This document shows, piece by piece, positions 1 through 7,357 of a DNA stretch of 24,000 bases. The notes under the pieces are model-generated. The model saw nothing but the letters and a program-made list of their open reading frames with translations. It did not search any database and was not told where the DNA came from. Position 1 is the first letter of the stretch, and the number at the start of each line of letters is the position of its first letter. The position numbers were made by a program, and so were the translations under genes. The DNA comes from Candidatus Pacearchaeota archaeon (GTDB taxonomy: Archaea; Nanobdellota; Nanobdellia; Pacearchaeales; UBA284), in the NCBI GenBank assembly GCA_026016245.1, contig CP061211.1:134353-158352 (forward strand). The letters are read 5' to 3'.

Positions 1-167
1 GGATCTTTAAAAAATCCTAGAAGCATCAAAATAAAAAAGATAACAACATTCAAAATTATCAGTATTAAAACAGCGCTTATCTTTTTTCTAGGTTTTTTTC
101 TTGGTTTTTTGTAATGATAAGAATAAGAATAATAACCTCTTTTTGGATTTGATTTTCTTTTTATCAT
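1..167 (-). CDS. Partial small membrane protein: basic/Tyr-rich N-terminus then a hydrophobic segment; runs off the window edge
   Basis: Manual reverse-strand reading from ATG at 167: MIKRKSNPKRGYYSYSYHYKKPRKKPRKKISAVLILIILNVVIFFILMLLGFFKD..., open to the window edge, beginning right after the stop of the 169-852 gene. Confidence 0.6.
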   Translation of the reverse strand, partial: MIKRKSNPKRGYYSYSYHYKKPRKKPRKKISAVLILIILNVVIFFILMLLGFFKD

Positions 168-168
168 A

Positions 169-852
169 CTATCTTTTCTTTTTCTTTCTTTTTTTCTTAA
201 ATCTTTTCTTTGTCTTCTTTTTGACTTTCTTCTTTTTCTTTGTTATTTTTTTAAATTTTTTCCTTGGTTTTTTCTTTACTTTTTTGATTTTTATTTTTGG
301 TTTTGGAGTTATTTTTTCAAGTTCTTCCCTTATTATCTTAATTTCTTTTTTGAGTTGTTCTATTTTTATGGTTATTTCTTTAATTCTTTTTTCTTTTGGT
401 ATGATTTCAAGTAATTTAGCACATTCAGGACAAAGGAAGCTGTGATGCATGGCTGTTTCCTCACTCATTTCTATCCTATCTGCAGGGCATATGTAGAAAT
501 TTTTCATCTTTCTGCTTTTCAATAAAGCATACATCGCTCTGATATCCTTGAGTTTTAACCTAGCAAGAGTATTTAGGGCTTTTATATTATTCAAAGTCCA
601 GAAATAAGTATACCATCCTTTGCGTTTGTCTTTTTTTCTCGTGTAATCCATTATATTAAAATTAGAAATTCTATAAAGGATATTGCGGGTCTGATTTATT
701 GTTATACCTAATTTTTCAGCAATCTTGAACTCATTAATATTTTTCTTTTTGAATAAGATATCTACTATAGGTTCGGAATTCTTTCCAGCCACAATCCTAA
801 TTAATTCCTTAACCAAACTAAAAAGCCTTCTATCTTTCACCTTAATAATCAT
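169..852 (-). CDS. Transcription factor E alpha-like protein (winged helix + degenerate zinc ribbon + Lys-rich tail)
   Basis: N-terminal wHTH (FKIAEKLGITINQTRNILYRISNFNIMDYTRKKDKRKGWYTYFWTLN) followed by a CPAD...CPEC ribbon, the TFE architecture; ends in a very Lys-rich tail. Confidence 0.75.
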   Translation of the reverse strand: MIIKVKDRRLFSLVKELIRIVAGKNSEPIVDILFKKKNINEFKIAEKLGITINQTRNILYRISNFNIMDYTRKKDKRKGWYTYFWTLNNIKALNTLARLKLKDIRAMYALLKSRKMKNFYICPADRIEMSEETAMHHSFLCPECAKLLEIIPKEKRIKEITIKIEQLKKEIKIIREELEKITPKPKIKIKKVKKKPRKKFKKITKKKKKVKKKTKKRFKKKRKKKKR

Positions 853-929
853 TTTATCCCCTTTTATGATTTTGCTGTAACAATCTAATGAATAGAAATC
901 TTTTTATATTTTAAATAGTTTTCCGTCAT

Positions 930-1502
930 ATGCCTGTTTTAAAGAAAAAAAAGAAAAAAGAGGTTAAGATGCCAGAGACCCCAGAAATAGAGACCCCTGA
1001 GTTTTCATATCCTGAAATTGAAGAGATTAAGAAAGGAATAGAACCTATAACAGAAGCAGGAGTTTCAGAATTGCCAGAACTGCCAGAAATGCCTGAACTT
1101 CCTGAACTTCCGCAGATGGTAGAAGATGGTATTTCAAAGGAAGAGGAGAAAAAAATTAAAAAGAAACTTCCATCAAAACTTACTCAAGAGATAGGAATAC
1201 CAGCAAGGGCAAAGCTTCCAAAGAAAAAGCAGCCAAGAGCAAAAGAGATAAAAGAAATGGAAATAAAGATGCCAAAAGCTAGATCAAGGGCACTTTTTAT
1301 AAAAATTGATAAATTTAAGGAAATTCTTGCTAGTGTTGATGAAATAGAGAAAAGAATTCAGGAAGTTTCATCTGTCATAAGAAAATTAAAAGAAATTAGA
1401 GATAGGGAAGATAGTGAAATGGAAAAATGGGAGAGAGAGATTAGTGACATCAGGGCAAAATTAGAAACAATAGAAGAGACTCTATCAAAGGTTGAAAGTT
1501 AA
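930..1502 (+). CDS. Hypothetical protein: Pro/Glu-rich (PELPELPEMPELPELP) N-terminus and coiled-coil C-terminus
   Basis: Open frame of 190 aa; C-terminal heptad-like helix DEIEKRIQEVSSVIRKLKEIRDREDSEMEKWEREISDIRAKLETIEETL; followed 11 nt later by the next gene. Confidence 0.6.
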   Translation: MPVLKKKKKKEVKMPETPEIETPEFSYPEIEEIKKGIEPITEAGVSELPELPEMPELPELPQMVEDGISKEEEKKIKKKLPSKLTQEIGIPARAKLPKKKQPRAKEIKEMEIKMPKARSRALFIKIDKFKEILASVDEIEKRIQEVSSVIRKLKEIRDREDSEMEKWEREISDIRAKLETIEETLSKVES

Positions 1503-1513
1503 ATTTTTCTAAA

Positions 1514-1897
1514 ATGGCTGTCTATGTCAGATTAGAGCCAAGCGAAGAATTAGCTATCAAAAAAGCTATTCACGAAGCTAGAAATTCTTCTATCATATTT
1601 GAAGAAAAAGGAAAAAATGTAGCTAAGCTCAAGAGAAGTAAGAAATATACTATAAGAGGTTTGGCAACATCTATGAAAAGTATTAGTGAGGAAATTGAGA
1701 AGATAAAAAATATGTTGCCAGAGCTCGAGAAAAAACAAATAAGAAAGAGAAAAAAAGTAAAAGTAACAAGGAAGAGAAAAAAAATAAAGACAAGGAAAGA
1801 AGAGAAAGTAAAAACAAAAAAGGCAAAGAAAACAAAAAAGGCAAAATATGAAGAAGAATTAGAAAGTATTAAGGAGAGGATAGCTGATCTTGGTTGA
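1514..1897 (+). CDS. Hypothetical protein with helical N-terminus and Lys/Arg-rich C-terminus
   Basis: 127-aa ORF immediately downstream and codirectional; KKQIRKRKKVKVTRKRKKIKTRKEEKVKTKKAKKTKKAKY. Confidence 0.55.
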   Translation: MAVYVRLEPSEELAIKKAIHEARNSSIIFEEKGKNVAKLKRSKKYTIRGLATSMKSISEEIEKIKNMLPELEKKQIRKRKKVKVTRKRKKIKTRKEEKVKTKKAKKTKKAKYEEELESIKERIADLG

Positions 1898-2504
1898 GCA
1901 GGTCTAACAAACTTACAGAATCTTTTCCTACTTCTGTTATGTAATATTCATTATCTACATTAAATCTGATTGCTTCTTTATCATTATACTTATGTATGAA
2001 AATTTTTGCCCTTGGGAATAATGTACAGAGTATATCTGCAAAATTCTTAAAATTTTGTTTGTATTTTTTCCTATACTGTTCTTCATCCTCACCGCCTTTT
2101 GGTAAATAATCATCAGCCTGTCTGAACGCGACTAACACAGCTGAATCATAGTCTTGCATTTGTGGCCAGAAGTCTCTTACAATCCTGATAGTATTTAGAT
2201 GTTCGTCAACCTGTGTTGATTGATAATGTGACATAAGCCCAAACTTCTTTCCATCTTTTATATACAAACCTACAACACAAAAACAACCCCTAAGACCATC
2301 TGTTTCTAGAGTTCCTTTGGTCCATGTTTTTATGTCTGGAAAAGAAACTCGCCTTACTAATTCTCCTTTTTCACTTTCCTGTATTCTCTGTACGACTTTT
2401 ATGTCTAATTTATTTCCGTATTTATCTATGTATACTTTCTTTGCACAATCAATGCTTCCTAGAGTCAATAGTAATATTAAAGGTATGGATAATCTTTTTG
2501 CCAT
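1869..2504 (-). CDS. Predicted secreted protein, possibly a lipoprotein
   Basis: N-terminal signal-like segment MAKRLSIPLILLLTLGSIDCAKK; 211 aa. Confidence 0.6.
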   Translation of the reverse strand: MAKRLSIPLILLLTLGSIDCAKKVYIDKYGNKLDIKVVQRIQESEKGELVRRVSFPDIKTWTKGTLETDGLRGCFCVVGLYIKDGKKFGLMSHYQSTQVDEHLNTIRIVRDFWPQMQDYDSAVLVAFRQADDYLPKGGEDEEQYRKKYKQNFKNFADILCTLFPRAKIFIHKYNDKEAIRFNVDNEYYITEVGKDSVSLLDLLNQDQLSSP

Positions 2505-2553
2505 AGAACAAAAAAAATAGAAAGCTTTTATTTTTTTATGTGATTATCCTCTA

Positions 2554-3054
2554 CTATCTTCTACCTTCCAGAGCAAGAAATGATTTTGCTTGGGCAATAA
2601 CTTCATCTACTTCTGTTACAAGCCTGTCCTCGTAAGCTTCTATTCTGCTTGTTATTATATATTTGTCATAGATTCCTCTGAAGAACTTGGTTACAGGATT
2701 TACTTCCCATCTGTTTTCCCAGTCACGTTCAAGAAAACTATTAAATTTTATTTCCATCTCACCTTTATCTTTCTTTATTTTTGTTCCTCCTCTTGCAAGT
2801 TCTACTGTAGCCATGTGCAAAATCCTTATTGTTATCTTAACCCTGAATCTGAAATAATCACTTATCTTTCTCAAACAGAGCCATTCAATTCCAACATCCT
2901 TACCTTCTGCTTTTATTTTCTCGCTATACTTTTTTTCTAGAACAAGATAATCATAAGACTTAAACCACTCATACAAAAATCTATAGACATCTTTAAAATC
3001 AAAAAGCCCTTCATAAGCAACTTTACCCTCATATACTGGACTTAACTCTGACAT
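2554..3054 (-). CDS. Conserved-type hypothetical protein, 166 aa
   Basis: Well-balanced composition (KKYSEKIKAEGKDVGIEWLCLRKISDYFRFRVKI...), fits between codirectional genes. Confidence 0.6.
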   Translation of the reverse strand: MSELSPVYEGKVAYEGLFDFKDVYRFLYEWFKSYDYLVLEKKYSEKIKAEGKDVGIEWLCLRKISDYFRFRVKITIRILHMATVELARGGTKIKKDKGEMEIKFNSFLERDWENRWEVNPVTKFFRGIYDKYIITSRIEAYEDRLVTEVDEVIAQAKSFLALEGRR

Positions 3055-3146
3055 CTTCCACCTTTTTTCTATTTTGATAAGCTAAAGAGCATTTAAATAT
3101 TTTTTTGAAATAAGAATGCGCCAGCCGTGCAAGAGATCTTTAGTTT

Positions 3147-3533
3147 CTACGCTTTTTGAAGTAAACTTTCCGGCATTATTGGTTTTTGGTTCCCATGGCC
3201 AAAATAACCATAGAAAGTGTTATAATTTATGCCAGAAGAATGAGAAAATTCATGTAAGTATTTTTTAATTTTCTCTGTCTCTTTTAGGAAGTTAGAATTT
3301 AGTGCACAACCCAGCTGTCTTGTTTCTTCAGAAGTATTTTTCTCATGGCTTATCCATTCATCAATTATTGTCGCAATGTAAACCCCAGAGCAGATGACTC
3401 CAATTTCATGTTCATCTAATTTTAATCTATAACTTTTTCCCAAGATTTTATCAAGAATTCCTCTGTCTTGATTTAGATTAGCCACAACTTTTTCTAGACA
3501 TTCTTTCAATGATGTGTATGCTTTAACATCCAT
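3147..3533 (-). CDS. Hypothetical protein, 128 aa
   Basis: ORF with normal composition, just outside the left end of the candidate transposon. Confidence 0.55.
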   Translation of the reverse strand: MDVKAYTSLKECLEKVVANLNQDRGILDKILGKSYRLKLDEHEIGVICSGVYIATIIDEWISHEKNTSEETRQLGCALNSNFLKETEKIKKYLHEFSHSSGINYNTFYGYFGHGNQKPIMPESLLQKA

Positions 3534-3576
3534 AAAATTGTTACTATTTTATAGTTTATAAATGTTGTTATAATAA

Positions 3577-3600
3577 GGTTCTGTAAAGTTATCGGTTGGT
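3577..3600 (+). repeat. Left terminal inverted repeat
   Basis: GGTTCTGTAAAGTTATCGGTTGGT. Confidence 0.8.
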
Positions 3601-3636
3601 AGAAAAGGTTAAAAGGTTAAACTTTCTTTAATTCTT

Positions 3637-3825
3637 ATGGCTACATTAAGCACAAGGAAATTAAATATAGCAAGACATAGGCAGGGTTGGTTTGCACACC
3701 AAGAAAGTGAAGAGAGAAAAAGAAGGTTAGAGGAACAGAAAAATAGAAAACCAGTAAGCAAAGAAGAACATAAAAGAAGGGTAGAAATGCTAAAGAAAAT
3801 TGGGTTGTTAAAAGAAAATGAGTAA
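3637..3825 (+). CDS. Small basic/charged protein (62 aa), first gene of the left cargo operon
   Basis: MATLSTRKLNIARHRQGWFAHQESEERKRRLEEQKNRKPVSKEEHKRRVEMLKKIGLLKENE; its end overlaps the start of the next gene by 8 nt. Confidence 0.6.
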   Translation: MATLSTRKLNIARHRQGWFAHQESEERKRRLEEQKNRKPVSKEEHKRRVEMLKKIGLLKENE

Positions 3826-4453
3826 AGCCAAAGCGAAATTAAAGGGTAATACTATAATTTTACAATTACATTATTCTCAAGGTGGAACAAGAATTGCAGA
3901 TAAAGAGGGAAATCATCTTCCAAAGCCAACACAGGTAATAAATGATAAAAGATATTACATTGAATGGATGATAACTAATGATGAGATTAAGTTACTATCA
4001 AAACTTTTTAAGAAGGAAGAGGACATTACTGGTTTGATAAATTTATTACAAAAAATAAGTAAATTTGCAGAAGAAACAAAATACTCTAAGAGAACAACAT
4101 CTTTTGAGAAAAAAGAAATAGATAAATTTGAAGGTTTTAAGATATATCATTATACTGATGATTTTAATTCTTTTGAAAAGATTCTTGATTCTGATTTAAG
4201 AGTAAGATTAACCTTTAAATTAGGAGATTTTGGTGTTACGGCTCATCCTCATATGTATGTTTTAATTCCTTTTAATTTCAAATCATTAAAGATAAAAAAC
4301 ATAGAAGGCAAAGTTAATGAAAATAAGCCATTAGGAAAAGGTTGTTTTGGGGAATTAAATTTAAATGAAGAAGAACTCAAAGAAATAATCTTAACTCTTG
4401 CTCACGCTTCAAATAATCACAGAAATGCTTTAATTGAAATTCTTAAATCTTAA
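3818..4453 (+). CDS. Unknown protein (211 aa); candidate restriction endonuclease or other effector paired with the methyltransferase
   Basis: Overlaps the 62-aa gene at its start and the convergent methyltransferase by 11 nt. No motif I can assign firmly; contains FKIYHYTDDFNSFEKILDSDLRV. Confidence 0.7.
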   Translation: MSKAKAKLKGNTIILQLHYSQGGTRIADKEGNHLPKPTQVINDKRYYIEWMITNDEIKLLSKLFKKEEDITGLINLLQKISKFAEETKYSKRTTSFEKKEIDKFEGFKIYHYTDDFNSFEKILDSDLRVRLTFKLGDFGVTAHPHMYVLIPFNFKSLKIKNIEGKVNENKPLGKGCFGELNLNEEELKEIILTLAHASNNHRNALIEILKS

Positions 4454-5591
4454 TTTTAAAATCTAAAATATCAGATTTTTTTATTGATTTACTGCCAACT
4501 CTAATTGTAGAATTTTTAAAATGCTCTTGATTTTCATTTATCAATTTACATATTCTTTCCTTTAACTTTTTGTCTTTGTTACATTCTTCTTTAAATTCAA
4601 AGACAAAAAACATATCATTCAAAATATCTTCTTCTTTATTGATTAATCCTGTTTTCCCTACACTTACATTCCCAACTCTCACAACAGCAAGGTAATAATC
4701 AGAAACATTTTTGTCTTGTGGTATCTCTTGTCTTTCTAATATATTCGCCCCAGAAACATTATTGTTTTCATAACTCCTGTTATATTTCACTCTCCTCTCA
4801 GATAAGAATTTTGAAAGGGGTATGCCTTCTTGTTTGTTGTTTTTCTTGTATAAAAAAGATTGAGGTATTAATTCTTCTGTTGATAGTTCTTGTTTGTTTA
4901 ATATCTCTTTTACACTTTTATCATCTTCGTATAATAATATTATTTTATCTTTGTATTCTAGAATGTTTGTGAAAATAGCAAAACAGCAGGGGATTGGTTC
5001 ATCAAACCAATTTTTATCATTTTGATAAATAATAATTGTAGAAAAATTATTTATAATTTCTTTCTTAATTTCTTTGTTCTTTTTTGCTATAAAAAAAGAA
5101 ATAGGTAAAACGAAAGCGATAGAAGAATTTTTGTCCTTAAAATGTTTTATAGATTTAAGAATAAATACATTTTCCATTTGAATTTTTGGTTTTTTAATAA
5201 GAACATTTGTTAAATACTCTTCTGGCTTAATCTCCTTATTTTTATAATTATCTGAATAATAATAACTATTTTTAACATTATATTTAGTAAAGGGTGGATT
5301 TCCAATAATTAAATCAAATTTTTCTTTTAGAGGAAAAAGAAAGAAATCACAAGGGTTATTAGTTAAATCTGTGTCTATTTCACAATCCACTATATTTTTA
5401 AAATCCCTATCTTTAAGCCCTCTTACAAAATTTTTAGTGCCTGAAGATGGCTCTAAAATTCTTATATTTTTATCATACTTTTTATATTCTAATAACAAAT
5501 TTAAGACTCTCTTTACAATATTCCTTCTTGTGAAATATTGCCCCCAAACAAATTTCTTCTCTTTTTCCATATTGGGATTACGCTTTGCCAT
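4443..5591 (-). CDS. DNA (adenine-N6 or cytosine-N4) methyltransferase
   Basis: VWGQYFTRRNIVKRVL (motif X-like), ILEPSSGTKNFVRGL (SAM motif I), NPPFTKYN (motif IV), then a C-terminal region long enough for target recognition. Confidence 0.88.
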   Translation of the reverse strand: MAKRNPNMEKEKKFVWGQYFTRRNIVKRVLNLLLEYKKYDKNIRILEPSSGTKNFVRGLKDRDFKNIVDCEIDTDLTNNPCDFFLFPLKEKFDLIIGNPPFTKYNVKNSYYYSDNYKNKEIKPEEYLTNVLIKKPKIQMENVFILKSIKHFKDKNSSIAFVLPISFFIAKKNKEIKKEIINNFSTIIIYQNDKNWFDEPIPCCFAIFTNILEYKDKIILLYEDDKSVKEILNKQELSTEELIPQSFLYKKNNKQEGIPLSKFLSERRVKYNRSYENNNVSGANILERQEIPQDKNVSDYYLAVVRVGNVSVGKTGLINKEEDILNDMFFVFEFKEECNKDKKLKERICKLINENQEHFKNSTIRVGSKSIKKSDILDFKIKI

Positions 5592-5594
5592 TTT

Positions 5595-6512
5595 TTAATT
5601 CTTTTGACTTGCACAATATATCAAATCAAGCCATTTATTTTTACCAAGATTTAGATTAACCCCAGCTTCTTCAATAGGGGTTTTATTAATGCCCTGATGA
5701 ACACGAATAAAATTATAATAAACCACAAATAAAGATAATATTGCTTCTGCACTTTTCTTATCCTTAAAATTTCTCATAACTTTTATTCTTTGCCTAATTG
5801 TTCCTTGTATTCTCTCAACAATATTATTTCGTTTATCCTTATCTGCTTTTAATTTAATCCAAATTTTTTTGTCCTCTTTTCTATTTCTTGAACCCCAAAC
5901 TTTCCTAAATGCTTTATTATATGAAGGTAGAGAATCTGTAAATAGATTAATAGGCTTGTTTTCTGTTTTTAAGAAAAGTATTTTTGCAGATTGATAATCT
6001 CTTTTTTCTGAATAATGAGAAGAAACCAAAACTCTTGTTCCTTTATCAATCATATCCCAAAAATAATGCTGTTCTTTTTTACATTTAACAAAAATCTCGT
6101 CAGCATGATATTGTCCTGAAAGTTTTAAATCAAACTTTCTCTGAAAGTCTTTTAACAAGATAGCATATCTTCTTATCCAATTTAGAACAGATTGATGACT
6201 TACCCCATAATCTGAAAATTGATTAAAATGTTCTTTGATTTTTCTTAAACTTAATCCATTCATATAAAGAGAAATACATTGAGTTACAACTTCTTTTTTA
6301 TGTTTCATCTTGAAAAATCCATCATCAAGAGTAAATGTTTCAGAACAAGATTTACATTTCCATCTCTGTTTTTTTGTTGTATGATTAAATCTAAATCCCC
6401 ATTTAATTAAAGTTTTAGATTTACAGAAGGGACATGCCTTCGGCTTTATAACCGATACATTTTTATATTTCTTTGATTTATTGTTTTTGTATTTCATTAG
6501 CGTGGGATACAC
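5595..6512 (-). CDS. IS6/IS240-like DDE transposase with N-terminal zinc ribbon (likely start ATG at 6497)
   Basis: CPFCKS...WKCKSC zinc ribbon; HTH-like LSLRKIKEHFNQFSDYGVSHQSVLNWIRR; catalytic region YHADEIFVK...YFWDMIDKGTR.VLVSSHYSEKRD...LFTDSLPSY...VERIQGTIRQRIKVMR.F...FVVYYNFIRVHQGI.KTPIEEAG. Confidence 0.88.
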   Translation of the reverse strand: MYPTLMKYKNNKSKKYKNVSVIKPKACPFCKSKTLIKWGFRFNHTTKKQRWKCKSCSETFTLDDGFFKMKHKKEVVTQCISLYMNGLSLRKIKEHFNQFSDYGVSHQSVLNWIRRYAILLKDFQRKFDLKLSGQYHADEIFVKCKKEQHYFWDMIDKGTRVLVSSHYSEKRDYQSAKILFLKTENKPINLFTDSLPSYNKAFRKVWGSRNRKEDKKIWIKLKADKDKRNNIVERIQGTIRQRIKVMRNFKDKKSAEAILSLFVVYYNFIRVHQGINKTPIEEAGVNLNLGKNKWLDLIYCASQKN

Positions 6513-6528
6513 AGCCCTTCGGGGCTGT
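6511..6528. other. Perfect GC-rich hairpin ACAGCCC-TTCG-GGGCTGT directly upstream of the transposase coding sequence
   Basis: 7-bp perfect inverted repeat with a 4-nt loop, followed by a T-run on the + strand. Confidence 0.8.
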
Positions 6529-6579
6529 TTTTATTTAATTATCTATTATTAGTTATTAACTAATTATATTAGGATATAC

Positions 6580-6810
6580 CTATTTATAAATCTTTCGGTT
6601 CAAACTGGCTAAAGAAAAAATCGTCAGAAATAGGTGTCTTTTTAGAATTAAATCTGATTCTTGCTTTAACCTTCTATCTAAAAATCTATTAAGTTTTTGA
6701 GAATAATCTTTAATATTTATGCCATGCTTTTTGTCAAATTCTTCTTTTAATAAAATTGCCTTTTCTCTTGTTTCCATAACTTTTAAATCGTGCTGATTCC
6801 AAAGATTCAT
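6580..6810 (-). CDS. Small helical protein (76 aa), translationally coupled to the upstream AbrB-like gene
   Basis: MNLWNQHDLKVMETREKAILLKEEFDKKHGINIKDYSQKLNRFLDRRLKQ...; ATGA overlap with the upstream ORF. Confidence 0.55.
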   Translation of the reverse strand: MNLWNQHDLKVMETREKAILLKEEFDKKHGINIKDYSQKLNRFLDRRLKQESDLILKRHLFLTIFSLASLNRKIYK

Positions 6811-6986
6811 TTTTTCCTTTTCTCCTTTTTATTTTGTTGCCCAATTTTTTCTATAAACAGAATTTCTTCACCCTTGCTTTTTCCAACATAAACCTTATCT
6901 CCATTTTCCCACCCAGTCGCTTCTATTACGTCTTTAGGAATGGTTATTGTTGCTTGTCCATTTTTGTTTATAGTTAATCTTCCCAT
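6807..6986 (-). CDS. SpoVT/AbrB-like DNA-binding protein, 59 aa (absent from the supplied ORF track)
   Basis: Manual translation: MGRLTINKNGQATITIPKDVIEATGWENGDKVYVGKSKGEEILFIEKIGQQNKKEKRKK*; matches the AbrB swapped-hairpin pattern (xxxGQaTITIPkdvieatGwenGDkV). Confidence 0.85.
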   Translation of the reverse strand: MGRLTINKNGQATITIPKDVIEATGWENGDKVYVGKSKGEEILFIEKIGQQNKKEKRKK

Positions 6987-7015
6987 AACGTTATATTAAC
7001 GTTAAATTAACGTTA
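6986..7015. promoter_or_regulatory. Three TAACGTTA palindromes at an 11-bp period; likely operator for the AbrB-like gene
   Basis: TAACGTTA at 6986-6993, 6997-7004 and 7008-7015 in tAACGTTAtattAACGTTAaattAACGTTAta; next to the 59-aa gene start and a TATA-like TTATAA. Confidence 0.7.
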
Positions 7016-7078
7016 TAAACCTTTCTATTCTCAAATTTTTCCAAAAGGTTTAAATAGCCATTTGCTAATTATATTAGT

Positions 7079-7357
7079 ATGGCTAAAGCAATTCCAAAAT
7101 GGGTGATGGAAAGGTTATCACGACTTTGGAAAAAGTATGGCGATAGTCAAGCAATAACTTTCAAACAAATAAAGGATGTTTTAAAGATGGATGACGAAAA
7201 CACAATAAGGGTATTCATAAATGAATTGAAAAAAGCAGATTGGATAGAAGTTCAATTAAGCCCAGAAAGTTCAAGAGAAAGAATCTATATTCTGAAAGAA
7301 CCAAATAAAATTATGATGGAGATTGTTTCAAATGGAAATAAAAGAAGTAAAGGTTGA
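7079..7357 (+). CDS. Winged-helix DNA-binding protein (92 aa)
   Basis: MAKAIPKWVMERLSRLWKKYGDSQAITFKQIKDVLKMDDENTIRVFINELKKADWIEVQLSPESSRERIYIL: wHTH pattern with a wing. Confidence 0.6.
   Translation: MAKAIPKWVMERLSRLWKKYGDSQAITFKQIKDVLKMDDENTIRVFINELKKADWIEVQLSPESSRERIYILKEPNKIMMEIVSNGNKRSKG

Noticed and set aside
101-445. 114-aa ORF of almost pure Phe/Leu/Ile on the + strand
   Set aside because: Antisense shadow of the Lys-rich tail of the TFE-like gene; low-complexity composition and no independent support.
1550-1738. 62-aa minus-strand ORF
   Set aside because: Antisense within the 127-aa gene and low complexity.
2317-2940. Three + strand ORFs (2317-2520, 2324-2506, 2590-2940)
   Set aside because: Antisense to the two better-supported minus-strand genes; biased composition.
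4718-5598. ORFs 4718-4972 and 5371-5598 on the + strand
   Set aside because: Opposite the methyltransferase reading frame whose motifs are clear.
5595-6540. Simple autonomous IS limited to the transposase region
   Set aside because: I looked for inverted repeats directly flanking the ORF and found only the 6511-6528 hairpin; the matching ends are at 3577 and 9048. A diverged short TIR cannot be fully excluded by eye.
6580-6620. Possible extra TIR copy around TTTCGGTTC
   Set aside because: Only a few bases resemble the CGGTTGG part of the left TIR; lacks the GGTTCTGTAAAGT core.
6986-7015. CRISPR-like array from the regular TAACGTTA repeats
   Set aside because: The units are 8 bp with 3-bp gaps, far too short for repeat-spacer structure; an operator explains them better. 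No CRISPR array was seen elsewhere.
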